Origin: Patescibacteria group bacterium
GTDB taxonomy: Bacteria; Patescibacteriota; JABMPQ01
NCBI GenBank assembly: GCA_018818965.1
Contig: JAHJQX010000014.1
Location: forward strand, 6,178-70,177
Length of the DNA stretch: 64,000 nucleotides
Direction of reading: 5' to 3'
Shown here: positions 58,034-64,000 of the stretch, piece after piece
Layout: each line of letters begins with the position of its first letter
Numbering within the stretch: position 1 is the first letter of the stretch
Made by a program: the position numbers and the translations under genes
The notes under the pieces: generated by a model
The model's database searches: none
Seen by the model: only the letters and a program-made list of their open reading frames with translations
What the model was told of the DNA's origin: nothing

Positions 58034-58465
58034 CTACTTGAGGAGAAAAACGGCGATGGCCATGAGGATAAATCCAATGACCTTTTTGTCCGTGAAGAGC
58101 TCTCCAAGAAGGAGCCAGGAAAAAACGGCAGTGAGGGCGAAGGTTGCGCCGAATATCACGGGAGTAATCCGGGATATGTCCATTTTTCCGCCCACCAGGA
58201 CGCCGTAAACGATGATACCCATCCCGTTGATGATTCCCGCTCCCAATCCGATCAGCAATGATCTTATGGGTGGAAGACTGGTCATCCCCCCCGTTGTCAC
58301 TCCCCATAAAACAGTTGTGGGCAGAGTGCCGGTGGCCAGCATGATTGATATCCAGGCTGGCGGTAATTTCGAATACCGCGAGATGATTGGGTGGAATGTG
58401 TAGAAAAGAGCTCCCAGCAAACAATAGCAAAGTCCAGCTGTGTCCATTGTTTTCCCTTTCGCCAA
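58034..58465 (-). CDS. Small EamA/DMT-family membrane protein (GC-elevated)
   Basis: 5 TM; 'ISRITPV', 'SWLLLGELFTDKKVIGFIL'; terminator at about 57995-58026. Confidence 0.75.
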   Translation of the reverse strand: MAKGKTMDTAGLCYCLLGALFYTFHPIISRYSKLPPAWISIMLATGTLPTTVLWGVTTGGMTSLPPIRSLLIGLGAGIINGMGIIVYGVLVGGKMDISRITPVIFGATFALTAVFSWLLLGELFTDKKVIGFILMAIAVFLLK

Positions 58466-58653
58466 GTGTTGGTTCCCGAAGTGGAAATCTAACCAGCCTA
58501 ACTCTTTTTGGTAAGTAAGTCCAGCAAAAATATTTACAGCTAGACAACTCCATTGATTTCAAGGGGATGGTTTTCTATAATATTAAAGTAATATACAAAA
58601 ATGTAGCTAATTAATTTTCAAGTTAAATTATTTACATATTAACGATAAAATTT

Positions 58654-59934
58654 ATGAAGAAGACCATTATAATGTTCGCGGCGATGTTCTCGTTAGTGGG
58701 CGGTTGCAGTCTTAATTCGCAGAGTGATATTGATGATCGGTCTCAGTTAGATAATTCGGCACCAAATATAGACACTTCTCAGCGTCCCCAAATTGATAAG
58801 TGGAGTCTTTGGTCTGACGGTGCTAAATTGCGTGGTGCCAACATATTTCAACGGCGTGTTTATGACGATGTTGATAGTGGCAGTCTAGGATCCGGGGCAG
58901 TAGGTTCGCCCTACACTCAAGTTGATCTCAATGCTTTGTCTAATCTCGGCGCCAATTGGATCCAAATTTCACATCCGGGGTTATATTCTGAAAAAGCTCC
59001 TTATCAACTTGACGAAGATGTGCAAAAAAACTTGGATGATATTTTGGTCATGGCTCAAAATGCCAATATGTTTGTCACCATTGCCTTCCGCACTGGTCCC
59101 GGCCGGTCAGAATTTACTTTTTACGATAAGGAAGACAGCGACTGGTTCCCAGACAGCTACCGGGATGATAAGGTGTGGGAGGATGAGGATGCCCAACAGG
59201 CCTGGGCAGAAATGTGGAAACATGTTGCCGACCGCTATAAAGACAATCCGATTGTGGCTGGCTATAACTTGATGGTGGAGCCAAACGCTGAATCCAGAGC
59301 TTTCTCGAATTCATTAGATAGTCCCGATGACTTCTACCCTCAATATGCTGACAGTCCGGCCGATTGGAACCAATTTTATCCCCAAATAGTTAATTCTATC
59401 CGTTCCGTGGATCAAAATACCCCCGTTATTGTTGGAGGTATGGGATATAGTGCTGTTGCCTGGCTGTCTTATCTGCAACCAAGCAATGATCAGCGTTTGG
59501 TCTATTCAGTTCACCAGTATGATCCTTTCTCTTATACGCATGATGAGGTTCGCAAGAGCCAATATCCAGGAGAGTATAGTTATAGTGGAGAAAAAATTAA
59601 TCTCAGCGAGGACTACTTATCTAATCTATTTAGTAACGTAGCCGATTATGGTCAGGAGAATAGCCGGCCGGTGACCGTAGATGAATTTGGTATTTATCGT
59701 TGGAAAAATGGAGCCGATAAATATATTGATGCCAGCATGGAGCTGATGGAAAATAATAAGATAAACTATGCACTCTGGAGTTGGGATTCTACTCATCACC
59801 TAAAAAACTTTCCTACAGATGACCAGTTTGATTTTACCCATGGGTCGGATAAAAAGAATCATAGGTATGTAGACAATCATTTACTTAATGTAATTAAGAA
59901 ACACTGGGCTAGGAATAGTACGAGGCCCTATTGA
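58654..59934 (+). CDS. Lipoprotein glycoside hydrolase family 5 (cellulase-like)
   Basis: Lipobox 'VGGC'; 'GYNLMVEP' acid/base, 'SVHQY', 'VDEFG' nucleophile, 'ALWSW'. Confidence 0.82.
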   Translation: MKKTIIMFAAMFSLVGGCSLNSQSDIDDRSQLDNSAPNIDTSQRPQIDKWSLWSDGAKLRGANIFQRRVYDDVDSGSLGSGAVGSPYTQVDLNALSNLGANWIQISHPGLYSEKAPYQLDEDVQKNLDDILVMAQNANMFVTIAFRTGPGRSEFTFYDKEDSDWFPDSYRDDKVWEDEDAQQAWAEMWKHVADRYKDNPIVAGYNLMVEPNAESRAFSNSLDSPDDFYPQYADSPADWNQFYPQIVNSIRSVDQNTPVIVGGMGYSAVAWLSYLQPSNDQRLVYSVHQYDPFSYTHDEVRKSQYPGEYSYSGEKINLSEDYLSNLFSNVADYGQENSRPVTVDEFGIYRWKNGADKYIDASMELMENNKINYALWSWDSTHHLKNFPTDDQFDFTHGSDKKNHRYVDNHLLNVIKKHWARNSTRPY

Positions 59935-60932
59935 GTACCTTCTAGATTCTTTCTCTCCCATGTTTGCCAGCGGTCGTTGGTGGAGATCATTTTGTTAAAT
60001 ACGTCACTTTTGGCCCCCTCTTTGTATAGGAAATAAGATTTATCGGGCTGATTCTGATCAACAATAAGTCTACTAGTAGCTCCAGATATTAAAGGTTGCT
60101 GCGAACCTTCTTCGGCGTCGTCGTTTTTAGCGATCTCTTTAGACGTTGACCAATTATCCCCGCCATCCGACGAGGTAGAGATTTTGAGATACATTTCTCC
60201 ACTACCACCCCCATAACGGGAAATAGTTACCAGGTAAATATTTTTCTCACCGACTAGAGAAAAATCAAGAATGTCATTGTCTGTCTCGTAAATTTGCTGC
60301 CAGGCCTGACCGTTGTTAGTCGACTTTAAAACGCCAATAAAAGACTGAACTGAATCGGACGTGTATCCGGCGACTGGTCGCAGATAAGTAGATAAGGGAC
60401 GGGAGACGGCGTAAATCGTCCCCTTTTCGGCTCGTTCAATCCAAGCAATTTGCTCAGGAGTTACATTATCAGGGTAAACGATCCCTACCTTTTTGCCAGC
60501 CAGCTGATTATAAAGACTACTAGTCTCATTCTGTAGATCCCGATTAATATTTCTCTGCCACCAGCAGAATCCACCGCCCACTACCGCTGCCGTGATAAAT
60601 ATTATAAGGGCGATAATCCAGACTTTGGTTTCCCGTGGACTATTTTGACGCCGACACATTTTCCAACCGATACGCCAGCCGAGCAGGGCAAAAAGAAAAG
60701 CGATGATAGCTGCTACAATCCAAGGAATGACGTAAATCATATAAGGGAAAGGACCGGCGCCGTGCAAGGGTCTGGTAGCAAACAAATAGGCTAGAACGAC
60801 TACGTGCATCAAGTAAACAACAGCAATAAAAATCGGCAGAGCGAAAACAACAGACCAAACAGCTAGGCACTTCTTTGATTTTGCCCACGGTTTTTTAGTC
60901 ACGCATGTTTGTTTTTGTTGTTGAACAGGCAT
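59928..60932 (-). CDS. Membrane protein with C-terminal BNR/Asp-box repeats
   Basis: 3 TM helices; 'STNNGQAW', 'SSDGGDNW', 'STNDRWQTW'. Confidence 0.65.
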   Translation of the reverse strand: MPVQQQKQTCVTKKPWAKSKKCLAVWSVVFALPIFIAVVYLMHVVVLAYLFATRPLHGAGPFPYMIYVIPWIVAAIIAFLFALLGWRIGWKMCRRQNSPRETKVWIIALIIFITAAVVGGGFCWWQRNINRDLQNETSSLYNQLAGKKVGIVYPDNVTPEQIAWIERAEKGTIYAVSRPLSTYLRPVAGYTSDSVQSFIGVLKSTNNGQAWQQIYETDNDILDFSLVGEKNIYLVTISRYGGGSGEMYLKISTSSDGGDNWSTSKEIAKNDDAEEGSQQPLISGATSRLIVDQNQPDKSYFLYKEGAKSDVFNKMISTNDRWQTWERKNLEGTQ

Positions 60933-60978
60933 AGTTAAATATTTTTTTGTATTATCACTACAACTTACTCACTACTAT

Positions 60979-62763
60979 CTAGCCAATATCTTCCTTCTTG
61001 GTTTCGTTATACCTCCGCCAGGTTTCTTGAAACTCCATCGACTTTTCTAATAATTCCGTGAATGTCCCACGCGCTACTATTTTACCATCTTTGAAGAAAA
61101 TAATCTTGTCGAAGAGGGGTAACAAGTGCAAACGATGGATTGCGGAAAGAATCGTCTTAGCTGGGAAAGCGGTGAAAATGTTCTGGTAAATCTGTAATTC
61201 ATTTTTTGAATCAACGCTGCTGGTAGGCTCATCGAGCAGCACAATTGATTTTTCTTCACAAGCTAGTAGGCCGCGCGCCAAAGCCAGCCGCTGTTTTTCA
61301 CCCGTGCTCAGGTTAACACCTTTTTCCTCCACCGACGAGTTGAATCCTCGCGGCAGCCCTTTCACTACCTCAGTAAAACAAGCTAAATCAGTAAATTTTT
61401 TCACTTCTTCTAAGCTACGTTCGGCTCCCATAGTAATATTGTCTTCAATAGTGGTATTAAAAAGCTCAGGATCTTGGGGGATCAAGGCAATATCAGAACT
61501 AATAGCGCTGAAGCCATCTTCCAGCGGAGTATTGTCTATATGCAAGCTAATATTCTGCGGCTGGTACAAATCACGGATCACTTTTAGCAGTGTTGTCTTC
61601 CCACTACCACTTTCGCCGATCAGAGCAATCCGTTCGTTGCGACCGATTGAGAGTGCCACATCATCCAGGTGCAGATCAGCGCCCTCCCTGGTGTGGTAGG
61701 AGAAATTAAGCGATTTAATATTAATTTCCCGCCAGTGACCTCCTAGATTAATCAGTTGATCAGTATCTTTAGTGACGAACTCCTGAGAAATTGTCTCAGC
61801 ATTCCGTACGGCCGTGGCTTGACGGACAATGTCACTGTACTGATAAGCAAAACGGTAAAATAATCCGTTAATTCTCTCCACGTAGCCGTAGAGAACGTAA
61901 ACAGTTCCGATCATAATGACTGTTCCCGTCCGGTAATGACTATAGAGGTAAGTAACCAAGACGAGAAAGACCATTAACACCGAGGCCATCGAAGTCAAAA
62001 ACCATTTAGTTTCATCAATTTTACGCGTACGTTCAAAAAGTCTCAACGGCTGCATGATCTTTTTCATGATCGCTTTGGCCACTAGCTTTTCAATCCGGAG
62101 AATAATAACGGTGGTGATGTTACTGATAGTGTCAAAGACTTTGGCCGAGATTTTATTTTCCGCTCGATACAGTCGGTGATATCTAGGCACCAACCGGCGG
62201 TCGAATTTAACAATCATGGTCAAAGTGAGAAGCACCATTACTATCACAATATAACCAGCGTGAAGATTGAAATAAGTGAGAGCCAGATACGATCCGACAA
62301 AGCGGATGACGTTATCAATCATCTGAAAAGTCTCCGAAGCGTATTCGCGTAGAGATTTTGCTCCTTTTTCAATCTTATCGATAGTGTCTCCTGAGTGATG
62401 ATCAGTGTGCCATTGGGCTGGCAGGTTCATAGTGCCTTCGAGCAAGTATTTTTTATAGTTAGCTTCCATTAGGAAGGCGTTTTTTTCTTCAATGAATCGC
62501 GCTGGTCCATGGAAAGCCCAGAAACCAACCTCAATCGCAATAAAAAGAACAGCGTAAGATAAAATTAACGGTAGGCTCTCGTCATTTAATCCGTGATCCT
62601 GGACGGTGTTAAGGATTAGAGCGAAGACCAGTGGCTCAAAAAAGCTGATGCTGTTAGAAATTACAAACATGCCAATAAAAAGTATGACATTCTTGCGGTT
62701 GCCTTTAGAAAATCGCCACATCTGACGGGCGAGATAGATTATAGAGTTATTTTTGAAGGGCAT
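60979..62763 (-). CDS. Fused ABC exporter (permease plus ATPase)
   Basis: N-terminal TMD; 'GESGSGKT', 'LSTGEKQRLALAR', 'LLDEPTSSVD', 'AIHRL'. Confidence 0.93.
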   Translation of the reverse strand: MPFKNNSIIYLARQMWRFSKGNRKNVILFIGMFVISNSISFFEPLVFALILNTVQDHGLNDESLPLILSYAVLFIAIEVGFWAFHGPARFIEEKNAFLMEANYKKYLLEGTMNLPAQWHTDHHSGDTIDKIEKGAKSLREYASETFQMIDNVIRFVGSYLALTYFNLHAGYIVIVMVLLTLTMIVKFDRRLVPRYHRLYRAENKISAKVFDTISNITTVIILRIEKLVAKAIMKKIMQPLRLFERTRKIDETKWFLTSMASVLMVFLVLVTYLYSHYRTGTVIMIGTVYVLYGYVERINGLFYRFAYQYSDIVRQATAVRNAETISQEFVTKDTDQLINLGGHWREINIKSLNFSYHTREGADLHLDDVALSIGRNERIALIGESGSGKTTLLKVIRDLYQPQNISLHIDNTPLEDGFSAISSDIALIPQDPELFNTTIEDNITMGAERSLEEVKKFTDLACFTEVVKGLPRGFNSSVEEKGVNLSTGEKQRLALARGLLACEEKSIVLLDEPTSSVDSKNELQIYQNIFTAFPAKTILSAIHRLHLLPLFDKIIFFKDGKIVARGTFTELLEKSMEFQETWRRYNETKKEDIG

Positions 62764-62765
62764 AG

Positions 62766-63455
62766 TTATTTTTTCTTTCGTAATCTTGTTTGAATCTGCT
62801 CACTCTCTAATTCCCGAATCGCATCCTTGGCAATCCAACGCGCTGTTTTATTATCAAGGCGGACAATTTCTTTGGCAGTCTTGAGAGCAATTTTGTTAAG
62901 TGCGAGATTTCTCTTGCCAATATTGCGCAGCGCCCAATTAACTGCTTTTTTAACCATATTGCGTTCATCAGTCGCTGCTTTTTTGATGAGCGGCAAAGTT
63001 TCAACGAATTTTTTGTCCTCAGCTTCTTTATCATGCCAAGCTAAACAAGCGATCATAGTGTAGCCGGCGCGCTTGGTGAATTCTTGCTCACTTTTAACCC
63101 AATCGTATAATTTTTTCCAGGCCAGTGGGCTTTTATCAAAGTTCATGCACATCTGGTCGTTGATATCCCAAGAGTCGAGGTCTTTGACCCAGCTGTCAAT
63201 TTGCTTGGCAGTAATTTTCTCCGGATCCATAATGATGGCAGCCAGTATCCGTGCTTCGGCGATACCTGTTTTCCACAAATCGAGCGCCAATTGGTGATCG
63301 CGGCCAGTTTCTTTGGCCACTTCGCGAATACTTTTAACTGAGGCGCCCAGCCGTCCCTTGGGATTTATACCAAAGCGAGCCATACCGGCCAGTTGTGAAG
63401 GATCGGCTTTGGCTTTGAGTTTTTTGATTATAGTGGTGGCGGTATATTTTGACAT
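62766..63455 (-). CDS. DNA alkylation repair protein AlkD family
   Basis: 'MARFGI', 'LALDLW...EARILA', 'DSWDINDQ', 'DERNMVKKAVNWALRNIGKR'. Confidence 0.9.
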   Translation of the reverse strand: MSKYTATTIIKKLKAKADPSQLAGMARFGINPKGRLGASVKSIREVAKETGRDHQLALDLWKTGIAEARILAAIIMDPEKITAKQIDSWVKDLDSWDINDQMCMNFDKSPLAWKKLYDWVKSEQEFTKRAGYTMIACLAWHDKEAEDKKFVETLPLIKKAATDERNMVKKAVNWALRNIGKRNLALNKIALKTAKEIVRLDNKTARWIAKDAIRELESEQIQTRLRKKK

Positions 63456-63561
63456 TTTTTACTTTAAACTTTATTTTATCACATTCCCTAGTGAATAAAA
63501 GGCTTGACTTCTTTGTAATATTTGGTACACTTAAAGTACACATTATTAAATCACTAGCCAG

Positions 63562-63810
63562 ATGACTACCAAACTTATTGGAGTTAGAGAATTCCGGCAG
63601 AATGTGTCGGCTCTCTACGTCAAAGCCCAAAAAAACAATTGGCGTTTTGTGGTTTTAAATCGCAATCAGCCAATTTTTATGGTTGAGCCTTTGAGTAAAA
63701 AAGACACAGTTGTTGAAAAACTAGCTGCCGATGTCGCTAAAGCTAGAGGAGAAGTCAAAAGGGGCAAAATTTATGATTTCGAAGTAATTTGTAAGAAAGC
63801 GGGCTTATGA
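63562..63810 (+). CDS. Phd/YefM-like antitoxin
   Basis: 'IGVREFRQN', 'VVLNRNQP'; GTACAC direct repeats over the promoter -10 region. Confidence 0.75.
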   Translation: MTTKLIGVREFRQNVSALYVKAQKNNWRFVVLNRNQPIFMVEPLSKKDTVVEKLAADVAKARGEVKRGKIYDFEVICKKAGL

Positions 63811-63905
63811 AATATAGTCTAAAATTGACAGCCAAAGCTAGGGGGGATTTTTTATTCATACCGCCTACTATATTATCATCACTCAACCACCAATTATCCC
63901 CTTAA
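63807..63905 (+). pseudogene. Truncated RelE/ParE-type toxin remnant
   Basis: ATGA overlap with the antitoxin; MKYSLKLTAKARGDF resembles a RelE N-terminus but the frame stops after 32 aa. Confidence 0.5.
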
Positions 63906-63921
63906 GCAAGGGTTAAAGCGG

Positions 63922-63950
63922 TTGACTAGCGTCCATTATAAGTGTATAAT
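63922..63950 (+). promoter_or_regulatory. Sigma70 promoter for a gene beyond the window
   Basis: TTGACT-17 nt-TATAAT; ATG at 63994. Confidence 0.7.
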
Positions 63951-64000
63951 GAGTATATAATGTGAACGTCGTAAAACAAATTAAAAAAAATAAATGACCA

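Noticed and set aside
170-63810. Alternative genetic code (TGA recoded as in Gracilibacteria/SR1)
   Set aside because: Conserved genes are full-length in code 11 and proB and thiI end correctly at TGA

Overview
AT-rich bacterial chromosome segment, inferred to be from a Patescibacteria (CPR, Parcubacteria/ABY1-like) genome. The inference rests on a three-domain rpsA, CPR-type FG-GAP/'GAGPGGGP' surface repeats, degenerate DAGK and DHH proteins, and core genes mostly lacking Shine-Dalgarno motifs. The left end looks origin-proximal: tRNA-Ala(CGC), three parS palindromes (two inside a coding sequence), two perfect DnaA boxes and gyrA nearby. Housekeeping genes include rpmF, gyrA, proB-proC-proA, rpsA, PPi-type pfk, gap, tilS, ftsH, trxA, tsaE, uppP, gdhA, a pilB/gspE-family ATPase, lon, queH, thiI and yhhQ. 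The most striking feature is a second gene class scattered through this backbone: nine GC-rich ORFs in six small cassettes. They encode a divergent DEAH helicase, a DUF1504-type antiporter, an SCP2-type thiolase, Zn-ribbon and acidic ORFans and an EamA protein. Unlike the backbone, eight of the nine have Shine-Dalgarno-like motifs and eight of the nine stop with TAG. Most cassettes have their own AT-rich promoter, a boxA-like leader motif and an intrinsic terminator, and no mobility gene is adjacent. The helicase cassette is also flanked by long G-U-rich structured non-coding regions and a candidate attenuator. No CRISPR array, rRNA or integrase/transposase was seen. All family calls are by motif recognition, not database search.
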